Of a stretch of DNA of 64,000 bases, positions 1 through 9,725 are shown piece by piece. The position numbers and the translations under genes are program-made. The stretch is from contig CALKMW010000037.1 in the NCBI GenBank assembly GCA_938092205.1, positions 1,628 through 65,627 of the forward strand, in the 5' to 3' direction. The notes beneath the pieces are model-generated. The model saw nothing but the letters and a program-made list of their open reading frames with translations. It had not been told where the DNA came from and did no database searches. Each line of letters opens with the position of its first letter. Position 1 is the first letter of the stretch. This DNA comes from an uncultured Pseudomonadales bacterium. Its GTDB lineage: Bacteria > Pseudomonadota > Gammaproteobacteria > Pseudomonadales > Porticoccaceae.

Positions 1-523
1 AGCTGGCGGACATATTTTGCAGGTGAGGGTCTGAATAAGCCGCTGAGGTAATCTGAAGGCGAAAAAATTTATGCTGCGCATCAAAGGCAACGGCGGCGGA
101 TGAGCCAAAGCCATAAAACTCTACTCGATTTGCCTTATAGATGGCTTCTACAGCGGCATCGAGATTATGCATCACCAAGCTTTCCCGCACTTTTAGCAAG
201 GTATCTACGGTTGAATCAAAAACTTTATGAGTATACTCGCGGGTTGAGTCACTATCGGTAACAGCAATTTTGCCGAAGCTAGGGCTTGAGGCTAGTTGCT
301 GTGCCAGTACTAGCTTAAAATCTTGAAATCCATGGCAGCCTACCGCGCGGCAAAAACGCACCACCGTTGGCTCGCTGACCTCTGCCTTTTTAGCTAGATC
401 AACGATGCGCATATTGATAATACTTAAGGGTTCCTTAAGTACTAAATCGGCTACTTTGCGCTCAGATTTGCGCAATGTTGATAAGGTGTCACTGATGGTT
501 TGTGTAATTTCGGCTGGTTTCAT
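1..523 (-). CDS. hexR: RpiR-family transcriptional regulator HexR (5' part; continues past the left edge)
   Basis: Not in the ORF track. Manual minus-strand translation from the ATG at 523 gives MKPAEITQTISDTLSTLRKSERKVADLVLKEPLSIINMRIVDLAKKAEVSEPTVVRFCRAVGCHGFQDFKLVLAQ, an RpiR HTH, followed by an SIS-domain start (FYGFGSSAAV). Confidence 0.9.
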   Translation of the reverse strand, partial: MKPAEITQTISDTLSTLRKSERKVADLVLKEPLSIINMRIVDLAKKAEVSEPTVVRFCRAVGCHGFQDFKLVLAQQLASSPSFGKIAVTDSDSTREYTHKVFDSTVDTLLKVRESLVMHNLDAAVEAIYKANRVEFYGFGSSAAVAFDAQHKFFRLQITSAAYSDPHLQNMSAS

Positions 524-544
524 GATTGAATTTCTAAGTGTTAT

Positions 545-561
545 TTGTAAAAAATTTACAA
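545..561. promoter_or_regulatory. HexR operator (probable autoregulatory site)
   Basis: Palindrome TTGTAAA-AAA-TTTACAA about 20 nt upstream of the hexR start; resembles the known HexR motif TGTAATwwwATTACA. Confidence 0.7.
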
Positions 562-698
562 GAAATCGGCGAAAATTGCTAGTTTTGTAGTAAAAAATGC
601 CTCTTAGCAGTTAAATTACAGCAATAAAGGTTAAAAAATAAGCGCTAAATTGATTAACAAAAACGCTATCTATGCCATTTACTTGCTAAACTAGGGCC

Positions 699-2855
699 AT
701 GGATGTTACCTCAGTTTTAGACCAATTAAATACCGCTCAAGAGCAGGCCGTCACTAGCGACAAAAAACATCTGCTGGTGCTGGCGGGTGCCGGTAGTGGT
801 AAAACTCGCGTACTTGTTCACCGTATTGCGTGGAAGATTCAAGTCGACAATGTATCGCCCTACGGTATCTTAGCGGTGACCTTTACCAATAAGGCCGCCC
901 GCGAAATGCGGGAGCGTATTGATAACCTCTTGGGCATTTCATTGCGCGGTATGTGGGTAGGCACTTTTCATGGTCTGGCCCATAGGCTGCTTAAAGCCCA
1001 TTGGCGCGATGCTAAATTACCCGAAAACTTTCAAATTCTTGATTCAGATGATCAGTTGCGATTAGTTAAGCGGGTGATGCGCGCGATGGATTTAGATGAG
1101 CAGCGCTGGCCGCCGAAGCAGGCTCAGTGGTGGATTAATGGGCAAAAAGATGAGGGTTTACGCGCCGCGCATATTCAAGAGAGTGGCGACCCCTTTATGG
1201 CGACTATGCTCAGAATCTATCGCGAATATGAACGGCTTTGTGAGCAATTAGGCGTTATTGATTTTGCTGAATTACTGTTGCGGGTCTTAGAACTATGGCG
1301 CAATAACCCCGAGGTATTGGCCCATTACCAACAGCGGTTTGGTCATATTTTGGTCGACGAATTCCAAGATACCAATGCCGTGCAGTATGCCTGGTTGCGA
1401 CTACTTGCTGGTAACAATAGTGATGTTACTGCTGTGGGCGATGACGATCAGTCTATCTATGGTTGGCGTGGTGCTAAGGTAGAAAATATTTTAAGTTTTG
1501 AGCGTGACTTTACTGACACTGAAACCATTAAGTTAGAGCAAAATTACCGCTCTACATCAAATATTCTAAAAGCTGCCAATGCGGTGATTGCCAAAAATGC
1601 CGATCGTTTGGGTAAGAATTTATGGACCGAGTCAGGTGATGGTGAGCCCATTGCGCTGTATGCGGCGTTTAATGAACATGATGAGGCGCGCTATATTGCA
1701 GATCGCTTGGCAGCATGGGCCTCGGAGGGTAATCGGCGTGAGGATTCTGCAATTCTTTATCGCTCCAATGCCCAGTCACGCGTTCTTGAAGCGGCACTGT
1801 TGCAGGCGGAAATTCCTTATCGCATCTATGGCGGGCAGCGTTTTTATGAGCGCCTAGAAATTAAAAATGCCCTCTGTTATTTACGCATGATGCTTAACTG
1901 CAACGATGATGTGGCTTTTGAGCGGGTGGTGAATGTGCCGCCACGTGGTATTGGCGATCGAACCTTAGAGCAAATTCGCGAGCTTAGCCGAGAGTCGGGA
2001 TGCTCATTGTGGGATGCTTCTAAGCGGATGGTCGAAGAAAAGCGCCTAACGGCCAGAGCGGCGAATGCAGTGGTTGGTTTTATGGTGTTGATCAATGAAA
2101 TGAGTGGCGGTTCGGATGAATTGCCGCTATCAGAGCAGGCCGAAAACGCGATTCAGCACAGTGGTTTGGTGGATATGCACCGCCGTGAAAAAGGTGAGCG
2201 CGGGCAAGCGCGAGTGGAAAACCTTGAAGAACTGGTCAATGCCTGCAAAAACTTTGAGCCTGAGGATAGCGGAGCAGCGGTATTGCCGCAGTTTTTAGAT
2301 CAAGTCGCCCTAGATGCGGGCGATCGGCAGGCCGATCAAGATGAAGACGCGGTACAACTGATGACGCTTCACAGCGCTAAGGGCCTAGAGTTCCCCTTGG
2401 TGTTTTTAGCCGGTATGGAAGAAAACCTTTTCCCCCATAAAATGTCGATTGATGAGCCGGGTCGTTTAGAAGAGGAGCGCAGATTGGCTTATGTGGGCAT
2501 CACCCGCGCTATGCAAAAACTCTATATGACCTTCGCAGAAACGCGCTCTACCTATGGTACAGAGTCGTTTAATTCGGTGTCGCGCTTTATTCGTGATATT
2601 CCAAAAGATGTGGTGGAAGAGGTACGATTACATAACAGTATATCTCGCCCTACAACCTATGCCGGCGTTAGCCATAGCGACGAGGGCAGTGAAACTGGGT
2701 TCCAGTTAGGGCAACAGATTCGGCATAACGTTTATGGCGATGGCATTATCCTCAACTTTGAGGGTAATGGGCCGCGAGCGCGAGTGCATATTGCCTTTGA
2801 TGAGGTAGGGACTAAAATTCTAATATTGGCATCGGCCAATATAGTTGCTATTTAA
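699..2855 (+). CDS. uvrD: DNA helicase II
   Basis: Motifs LAGAGSGKT, VDEFQDTN, VGDDDQSIY, LEQNYRS, MTLHSAKGLEF and EEERRLAYVGITRA; 718 aa. Confidence 0.97.
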   Translation: MDVTSVLDQLNTAQEQAVTSDKKHLLVLAGAGSGKTRVLVHRIAWKIQVDNVSPYGILAVTFTNKAAREMRERIDNLLGISLRGMWVGTFHGLAHRLLKAHWRDAKLPENFQILDSDDQLRLVKRVMRAMDLDEQRWPPKQAQWWINGQKDEGLRAAHIQESGDPFMATMLRIYREYERLCEQLGVIDFAELLLRVLELWRNNPEVLAHYQQRFGHILVDEFQDTNAVQYAWLRLLAGNNSDVTAVGDDDQSIYGWRGAKVENILSFERDFTDTETIKLEQNYRSTSNILKAANAVIAKNADRLGKNLWTESGDGEPIALYAAFNEHDEARYIADRLAAWASEGNRREDSAILYRSNAQSRVLEAALLQAEIPYRIYGGQRFYERLEIKNALCYLRMMLNCNDDVAFERVVNVPPRGIGDRTLEQIRELSRESGCSLWDASKRMVEEKRLTARAANAVVGFMVLINEMSGGSDELPLSEQAENAIQHSGLVDMHRREKGERGQARVENLEELVNACKNFEPEDSGAAVLPQFLDQVALDAGDRQADQDEDAVQLMTLHSAKGLEFPLVFLAGMEENLFPHKMSIDEPGRLEEERRLAYVGITRAMQKLYMTFAETRSTYGTESFNSVSRFIRDIPKDVVEEVRLHNSISRPTTYAGVSHSDEGSETGFQLGQQIRHNVYGDGIILNFEGNGPRARVHIAFDEVGTKILILASANIVAI

Positions 2856-2889
2856 GACGAAAATACAGTGATAAATTGAGGGTTAACAG

Positions 2890-3978
2890 ATGCGAATTTT
2901 ATTGTGTGCAGTACTGATTTTTTCCATAGCAGGCTGCGGTGATAATGATAATAATCAGGTTCAGGGGGACAATGTTGCGCCTCAGCAGGTCTACAAATGG
3001 AAGCTAGTCACCTCATGGCCTAAAAATTATCCTGGTCTAGGTACGGCGCCGGAAAATTTTGCCAAAAAAGTTGAAGCCATGAGTAATGGCCGACTCAAAA
3101 TAAAGGTTTATGGCGCAGGTCAGCTAGTACCAGCACTACAGGTATTTGATGCAGTTTCTCAAGGCACAGCACAAATAGGTCACAGTGGCGCTTACTATTG
3201 GACCGGTAAAAATAAGGCAACTGCATTCTTTACCTCTATTCCTTTTGGCTTAAATGCCCAAGAAATGAACGCATGGCTACATTATGGTGGCGGCCTTGAG
3301 TTATGGCGCGAGCTTTATGCGCCATTTAACTTGGTGCCCTTTGCCGGTGGCAGTACTGGCGTGCAGATGGCCGGTTGGTTTAATCGCGAAATTAACTCTA
3401 TGGCAGATATTAAGGGTTTAAAAATGCGCATCCCAGGCTTAGGTGGCGATGTGATTACCCGCGCTGGTGGTGAGTCGGTGAATATTCCCGGCGGTGAACT
3501 CTATACCGCCATGCAAACCGGCGTTATCGATGCCACCGAGTGGGTGGGGCCCTATAATGACCTTGCTTTTGGCTTTCATCAGGTGGCTAAATATTACTAT
3601 TATCCCGGCTGGCATGAGCCAGGCCCTACCCTTGAATTTACAGTGAATAAGCCCGCCTATGAATCATTGCCTGCCGACTTACAGGCGATTATTGAAACGG
3701 CCGCCCGTGCGGTGAATCAAGACATGTTGGATGAATATACCGCACGTAATAATATGGCCCTTGAAGAGCTAGTCAATGTGCATGGCGTCGAAGTAAGAAA
3801 GTTGCCGGACGAGGTTATTCAGGGTCTGCGACAACTTTCAGCTGAGGCGGTTAATGAATTAACCAAAGATAATGCGTTCGCTCAGCGCGTGGCGCAGTCT
3901 ATAGAACAATTTAAACGCCAAGCGACGGCTTATCATGGGATCTCAGAAGAAGCATTTTATAAGGCAAGGCAGCAGTAA
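2890..3978 (+). CDS. TRAP transporter solute-binding protein (DctP/TakP-like), predicted lipoprotein
   Basis: Motifs WKLVTSWP, GLKMRIPGLGG, DATEWVGPYND and YYYPGWHEPG; lipobox IAGC. Confidence 0.88.
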   Translation: MRILLCAVLIFSIAGCGDNDNNQVQGDNVAPQQVYKWKLVTSWPKNYPGLGTAPENFAKKVEAMSNGRLKIKVYGAGQLVPALQVFDAVSQGTAQIGHSGAYYWTGKNKATAFFTSIPFGLNAQEMNAWLHYGGGLELWRELYAPFNLVPFAGGSTGVQMAGWFNREINSMADIKGLKMRIPGLGGDVITRAGGESVNIPGGELYTAMQTGVIDATEWVGPYNDLAFGFHQVAKYYYYPGWHEPGPTLEFTVNKPAYESLPADLQAIIETAARAVNQDMLDEYTARNNMALEELVNVHGVEVRKLPDEVIQGLRQLSAEAVNELTKDNAFAQRVAQSIEQFKRQATAYHGISEEAFYKARQQ

Positions 3979-3979
3979 T

Positions 3980-5428
3980 TTATTTGCGCCAAAATGTTGG
4001 GGTAAATAAAACTAACAGGGTAAAGATTTCTAGTCGGCCCAACAGCATGCCCCAGCATAGTACCCATTTAGCAAAGCCGCCAATCTCACCATAGTTGGTG
4101 GCAACTGCGCCTAAACCTGGGCCAAGATTATTGAGTGATGCTGCTGTCGCAGACCAAGCGGTATCGTAGTCTAGGCCAGTGGCTAACAGTAACAGCACCA
4201 TCAGATAAAAGATCGCTAAATACACCCCCATAAAGGCCCAAATAGCATCTACCACTCGGGTGGGTACGGTTCGGTTGCGAATTTTTATTGGCAGCAAGGC
4301 ATTTGGGTGTACCAGACGATAAATTTCTCTTAGCCCCTGCTTAGCTAGTATTAGCATGCGACCAATTTTTATTCCGCCACCAGTAGAGCCGGCACAGGCG
4401 CCAAAGAACGATAAAAATATTAAAAAGAAGGGCAAAAAGCTTGGCCACGTATGAAATTCACTGGTGGTAAAGCCGGTGGTTGTCATAATGGAGATTAGCT
4501 GAAAGGCTCCCTGACGAATACTTTCATCGCGATCAAAGGTGCCGCTGTAATATAAATAGCAACAGGTAATAATTGCGCCCACCAGCAATAGTAATAAATA
4601 CAGTCTTGCTTCTGGATCAGCCCAATACATGCTAGGGCGGCGGCTATGCCAGGCGTGAAAATGCAGCGCAAAGTTCAGGCCCGCAATAATCATAAAGAAA
4701 CTACAAATGGCCATAATGGCGCTATTATCAAAAAACCCAATACTGGCATCATGGGTAGAAAAGCCGCCAATGGATACCGTGGAAAAACTATGGCTAATAG
4801 CATCAAAGCCGCTCATTCCGGCAGCCCAGTAAGCTAAGGCGCAGGCAATGGTAAGGCACAGATAAATTTTAAATAACACATTAGCGGTTTCGGTAATGCG
4901 TGGGGTTAGTTTTGAATCTTTCATAGGGCCCGGGGTTTCAGCGCGATATATTTGCATGCCGCCCACGCCCAGCATCGGTAAAATAGCTACGGCAATAACT
5001 ACGATACCAATGCCGCCAAGCCACTGCAGCTGTTGGCGATAGTAGAGTATCGATTTGGGCAGATTGTCCAAGCCGGCTATAACCGTGGCGCCGGTGGTGG
5101 TCAGCCCAGAGACTGACTCAAATAAGGCGTCCATAAAGCTTAGGTGTAGCGCTTCAGATAGCATCAGTGGCAATGCCCCAAAGGAACTGAGGACTAGCCA
5201 GAAAAACACCGTAACCACAAAGCCATCTCTGGTTCTAAGCTCACCGCGAGCCTGCCTTGAGGGTAGCCAAAAGATCATGCCAACAATCAGCGTAATAGCA
5301 AAAGCTAGCACAAACGTAGGACTAGTATTTTCAGCATAGATAAACGCCACTACAACAGGGGTTAGCATGGTGAGGCTAAAGATCACCAGTAGCATGCCGA
5401 GGACCCGAGCAATAATGGCAAAATGCAT
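3980..5428 (-). CDS. trkH: Trk potassium uptake membrane protein
   Basis: Four pore motifs (FESVSGLTTTGAT, STVSIGGFS, TTTGF, LNNLGPGLG); lies downstream of trkA. Confidence 0.96.
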   Translation of the reverse strand: MHFAIIARVLGMLLVIFSLTMLTPVVVAFIYAENTSPTFVLAFAITLIVGMIFWLPSRQARGELRTRDGFVVTVFFWLVLSSFGALPLMLSEALHLSFMDALFESVSGLTTTGATVIAGLDNLPKSILYYRQQLQWLGGIGIVVIAVAILPMLGVGGMQIYRAETPGPMKDSKLTPRITETANVLFKIYLCLTIACALAYWAAGMSGFDAISHSFSTVSIGGFSTHDASIGFFDNSAIMAICSFFMIIAGLNFALHFHAWHSRRPSMYWADPEARLYLLLLLVGAIITCCYLYYSGTFDRDESIRQGAFQLISIMTTTGFTTSEFHTWPSFLPFFLIFLSFFGACAGSTGGGIKIGRMLILAKQGLREIYRLVHPNALLPIKIRNRTVPTRVVDAIWAFMGVYLAIFYLMVLLLLATGLDYDTAWSATAASLNNLGPGLGAVATNYGEIGGFAKWVLCWGMLLGRLEIFTLLVLFTPTFWRK

Positions 5429-5442
5429 CTTTGGTTAATCTC

Positions 5443-6825
5443 CTAAAAGAAACTAAAGCCAACCGAGAACAGCTTCTCGACCGCTTTAGTTTTTTCTTTG
5501 TCCACCAAAAATACAATCACATGGTCGCCGTTTTGAATGACCGTGTCATGGTGGGCGATAATCACTTCGCCATCGCGAACAAGCGCTGCCAGTGTTGCGC
5601 CAGGGGGTGATTTAATATCCTCAATAGCGCGCCCAACAACCTTGGAGTTTTTTTCGTCGCCATGGACAACAAATTCTAGAGCTTCTGCTGCTCCACGGCG
5701 TAGTGAATGCACACTTTCAGTGTCCCCTTTGCGCACATGAGCAAGCAGGGAGCTAATCGTTGACTGCTGGGGCGATATGGCAATATCAATTTCACCACCC
5801 TGCATAAGATCAGCATATACAGGGTTGCTAATCAGCGTCATTACTTTGCGCGCCCCCAAGCGTTTAGCTAACAATGACGCCATAATATTGGTCTCGTCAT
5901 CATTGGTCAGGGCGATAAAGACGTCGGTTTTATCAATATTTTCATCAAGTAGTAACTCTTGATCAGTTGCTGAGCCTCTAAGCACCACTGTTTTATTCAA
6001 TTGCTCCGATAGTAATTCTGCTCGGGTATCGGAAAATTCGATAATTTTTATATTGTAGTCATTTTCTAGCGCCTTACTAAGGCGGAAGCCAATATTGCCA
6101 CCGCCCGCAATCACTAGCTGACGATAGGGCTTTTCTAAGCGGCGAAGTTCACTCATTACTTTGCGAATATTTTTCTTAGCGGCGATAAAGAATACTTCAT
6201 CGCCATCTTCAATAATGGTGTCGCCCGTAGGGAAAATAGCACCATCTTTACGATATATAGCAGCAACGCGGGCATCGATATCTGGCATATGTTCTTTTAG
6301 TGCACGCAATCTTTGGCCGACTAAGGGGCCGTCTTCAACCGCACGTAAGCCAACCAGCTGAATAACGCCATCAGCAAAATCCAAAACCTGCAAGGCTCCG
6401 GGCTGTTCAATCAGTTTTTGGATGTAATTAGTGACCACCTGCTCGGGCGTAATCATTACGTCGACCGGCATATGCTTGTCGTTAAACAGTTTATTTTTAT
6501 ACTCAGGGTTGCTGTAATTGCGCGATCTTACGCGGGCGATTTTGGTTGGTGTGTGAAACAGTGAGTATGCTACCTGGCAGGCAACAATATTAATTTCATC
6601 GCTACGGGTTACAGCAACAATCATATCGGCATCTTCTATGCCGGCATTCACCAAAACATCTGGGTAGCAGCCGGTGCCTACAACCGTACGCACATCGAGT
6701 CTGTCTTGCAGTGCCCTTAAGACGTTCGCATCGATATCCACGATGGTGATATCGTTATTTTCTCGTGCTAAATTTTCAGCCAGCGTAGCGCCGACCTGCC
6801 CCGCTCCTACTATCACTATTTTCAT
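5443..6825 (-). CDS. trkA: Trk potassium uptake NAD-binding protein
   Basis: Two RCK domains (GAGQVG, GGGNIG) and HSLRRGAAEA. Confidence 0.97.
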   Translation of the reverse strand: MKIVIVGAGQVGATLAENLARENNDITIVDIDANVLRALQDRLDVRTVVGTGCYPDVLVNAGIEDADMIVAVTRSDEINIVACQVAYSLFHTPTKIARVRSRNYSNPEYKNKLFNDKHMPVDVMITPEQVVTNYIQKLIEQPGALQVLDFADGVIQLVGLRAVEDGPLVGQRLRALKEHMPDIDARVAAIYRKDGAIFPTGDTIIEDGDEVFFIAAKKNIRKVMSELRRLEKPYRQLVIAGGGNIGFRLSKALENDYNIKIIEFSDTRAELLSEQLNKTVVLRGSATDQELLLDENIDKTDVFIALTNDDETNIMASLLAKRLGARKVMTLISNPVYADLMQGGEIDIAISPQQSTISSLLAHVRKGDTESVHSLRRGAAEALEFVVHGDEKNSKVVGRAIEDIKSPPGATLAALVRDGEVIIAHHDTVIQNGDHVIVFLVDKEKTKAVEKLFSVGFSFF

Positions 6826-6851
6826 GATTGCTCTGCACTTTTAGGCTGTCT

Positions 6852-8159
6852 TCAGCCATTATCAGCTATTTTTTGTAGCCACGAGTAGTAAAAACCATCG
6901 CCGCCTTTTGCCGAGGGGAATATCTGCCTGCCGTAATCAGTGGCCTTCCCCCAATCTGCCTCAATTTTAATTAGCGAGGCATCATTATTTGCTGCCAAAA
7001 ACTTTGCTACCACTTGGTCATTTTCCTGCGGTAGCACTGAACAGGTTGCATATATAAGCATGCTCCCTTTACGCAAAGTTTTCCACACCTTTTCGAGTAA
7101 TTCAGCCTGAATTTTTGATAAGTTTTTAATATCGCTATCTTTGCGCAGTAATTTAATATCGGGATGACGGCGAATAACCCCAGAAGCAGAGCATGGCGCA
7201 TCGAGTAAAATACGGTCAAAACTAACGTTATCCCACCACTGATCTATGGCGCCCACATCAGCGGCAATTAGGTTGGCCTGTAAATTTAAGCGCTGAAGAT
7301 TTTCCTTACAGCGTTCTAGGCGGGGCTGTTCAAGGTCAATGGCAGTTAGTTTGGCTAACTCGGGCTCAGATTCAAGAATATGGCAGGTTTTACCACCAGG
7401 GGCACAGCAGGCGTCAAGCACTACATGCCCCGGCTGAACATCCAATAGTGAGGCCGCTAGCTGGGCTGATTCATCCTGCACACTTACTAGGCCATCGGCA
7501 AAGCCAGGAAGATCGGTTACTTCCTGTGGCTTGTCGAGCCAAATGCCCCAGTCACTATATTGGGTGGCAGAGGCGCCAATATTTGTATCTTCTAGCAGTT
7601 TTAAATAGTCGTCCCGCGAGCAGCGGCTAGCATTGACCCGCAGGCACATTGGCGCTTGCAGGTTATTCGCCCTTAGGATTTCTTCAGCTTGATCGGGCCA
7701 AGCCTTTTTCAGGCGGCTCACAAACCACTCGGGGTGAGCGGTGGCATAGTCAGAACGTTTCGATAGTTTTTCGACGATCTGTTCCTGCTGACGCTGAAAA
7801 TTTCTTAGTACCGCATTAACTAAGCCCTTAGCCCACAGCCGTTTTAATTTGACCGTTGCCGCTACTGTCTCGTTGATGGCGGCATGATCGGCAACTCGCA
7901 TATGCATTAACTGATAAATACCACAGGCTAATAAAGCCTGAATTTCGCGCTCTTTATCTTTGATTGGCTTAGACATTAGGTGGTTCACAATGGCTTGTAA
8001 CTGCGGATACCAGCGCAGAGTGCCAAAACACATTTCCTTGAATAGCGCCTGATCGTTATCTGCAACTTTTTGGCTATATTTGGGCAATACCGCCGTTAGC
8101 GAACGACCGCGCAAAACTTGGCCAATAGCTTCGGCAGCAACCACGCGAACATTGGCCAT
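6852..8159 (-). CDS. rsmB: 16S rRNA m5C967 methyltransferase
   Basis: NusB-like N-terminus, LDACCAPGGKT, LLDAPCSASG and YATCS; fmt-rsmB-trkA synteny. Confidence 0.96.
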   Translation of the reverse strand: MANVRVVAAEAIGQVLRGRSLTAVLPKYSQKVADNDQALFKEMCFGTLRWYPQLQAIVNHLMSKPIKDKEREIQALLACGIYQLMHMRVADHAAINETVAATVKLKRLWAKGLVNAVLRNFQRQQEQIVEKLSKRSDYATAHPEWFVSRLKKAWPDQAEEILRANNLQAPMCLRVNASRCSRDDYLKLLEDTNIGASATQYSDWGIWLDKPQEVTDLPGFADGLVSVQDESAQLAASLLDVQPGHVVLDACCAPGGKTCHILESEPELAKLTAIDLEQPRLERCKENLQRLNLQANLIAADVGAIDQWWDNVSFDRILLDAPCSASGVIRRHPDIKLLRKDSDIKNLSKIQAELLEKVWKTLRKGSMLIYATCSVLPQENDQVVAKFLAANNDASLIKIEADWGKATDYGRQIFPSAKGGDGFYYSWLQKIADNG

Positions 8160-9101
8160 CTATTGATCAAAACTCTGGCCTGCAGCAAATAGCTCGGCCT
8201 TAGATTTTAATAGCTCAGATGCCGGCATTTTGGACTTGCCGGCCAATTGAATTTCAGTGATCAGTAGCTGACCTGCCCCTGCCTGAACCAAGATGCCTGC
8301 GGTGCTTGCATCAATAATAGTGCCAGCCGCCTTGCCCGATTCTGCGTCAACGGGGCTTGCATCCCAAACTTTAACTCTGTCGCCAGCGATATGGCTAAAG
8401 GTTGCGGGGAATGGGTTAAAAGCGCGAACCTTGCGAGCCAAGACCTCGGCTGGTGAAGACCAGTCGATTAATGCCTCAGCTTTATCGATTTTGCGTGCAT
8501 AGGTACTTAGGGCATCGTCTTGTTGCTCTGCTATGGCAACCCCATTGGCCATTTTATCTAGGGCGACTAATAGCGTTGACGCACCAAGCGCAGAGAGCTT
8601 TTGATAAACCGAACCACTGGTATCTGTGGCTTCAATGATGCAGCGTGCTGTCGAAATTACTGGGCCCGTATCCAGACCAGCATCCATCTGCATAATACAG
8701 ACGCCGGTTTCCTCATCGCCCGCCTCAACCGCACGCTGGATGGGTGCCGCACCGCGCCATTTAGGTAGCAGTGAGCCATGCACATTAATACAGCCAAGTC
8801 TTGGCGTGTCTAGTATTGCCTGAGGCAAAATAAGCCCATAGGCTACCACGATCATTAAATCTGCTTCAAAACTAGCAAGCTGTTGCTGTGCTTTTGAGTC
8901 TTTTAGGGAAGGAGGCTGCAAAACAGTTAGCCCCTGATCACAGGCTAGTTGCTTTACCGCACTGGCAGTGAGTTTTTTGCCTCGTCCTGCCGGGCGATCA
9001 GGCTGGGTATAAACCGCAACAATTTCATGTTGGTCGCAATCAATCAACGCTCGAAGATGAGCGGCGGCAAAATCTGGAGTGCCGGCGAAGATAATCTTCA
9101 C
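8160..9101 (-). CDS. fmt: methionyl-tRNA formyltransferase
   Basis: Motifs FAGTPDFA, TQPDRPAGRG and INVHGSLLPKWRGAAP; GTG start. Confidence 0.97.
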   Translation of the reverse strand: MKIIFAGTPDFAAAHLRALIDCDQHEIVAVYTQPDRPAGRGKKLTASAVKQLACDQGLTVLQPPSLKDSKAQQQLASFEADLMIVVAYGLILPQAILDTPRLGCINVHGSLLPKWRGAAPIQRAVEAGDEETGVCIMQMDAGLDTGPVISTARCIIEATDTSGSVYQKLSALGASTLLVALDKMANGVAIAEQQDDALSTYARKIDKAEALIDWSSPAEVLARKVRAFNPFPATFSHIAGDRVKVWDASPVDAESGKAAGTIIDASTAGILVQAGAGQLLITEIQLAGKSKMPASELLKSKAELFAAGQSFDQ

Positions 9102-9113
9102 GCTAAATAGTTC

Positions 9114-9611
9114 CTATGCACGCTGTTTCTTAAGTTTTTTACGAATACGGTCTCTTTTTAATGACGATAAGTAATCGACAAATAATTTACCTTTTAGATG
9201 GTCCATTTCATGCTGAATACATACTGCTAACAAGCCATGGGCTTCTTCTTCAAATGCATTGCCATCGCGATCAATTGCTCGAATCATAACGTGCTTCGGC
9301 CGATCTACGGTTTCATTAAAGCCTGGCACAGAAAGACAGCCCTCGTCGAATGGCACCGTATCTGGCTCCAGCACTTCGACCTGTGGGTTAATAAATACCC
9401 GCGGCTCGTTGCGCTCTTCTGAAAGGTCCATAACGATGACCTGCTGATGCACATCAACCTGCGTGGCCGCTAGGCCAATGCCGTCAGCATCTATCATAGT
9501 TTCAAACATATCATCAATCAGGCTACGAATAGTGTCGTTCACCTCAGCAACAGGCTCTGCAACAATGCGCAAGCGTGGATTGGGATACTCAAGAATGGTT
9601 AATATCGCCAT
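9114..9611 (-). CDS. def: peptide deformylase
   Basis: Motifs [14 protein letters not shown] and QHEMDHL. Confidence 0.97.
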   Translation of the reverse strand: MAILTILEYPNPRLRIVAEPVAEVNDTIRSLIDDMFETMIDADGIGLAATQVDVHQQVIVMDLSEERNEPRVFINPQVEVLEPDTVPFDEGCLSVPGFNETVDRPKHVMIRAIDRDGNAFEEEAHGLLAVCIQHEMDHLKGKLFVDYLSSLKRDRIRKKLKKQRA

Positions 9612-9725
9612 AGTAAATCGTTATCTTTCTCTATCATATTCAAAAAAGCCTAGGCCGACCTGTCTACAATCAAGCTAAGCCCCATTGTTAAATATTATAC
9701 ACAGTTGCTTGAAAGGACGCACCGC

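Noticed and set aside
405-590. 61-aa plus-strand ORF
   Set aside because: It is the antisense shadow of hexR and runs through its operator.
590-698. LexA box upstream of uvrD
   Set aside because: No CTGT-N8-ACAG is present; the ACAG-containing site fits HexR better.
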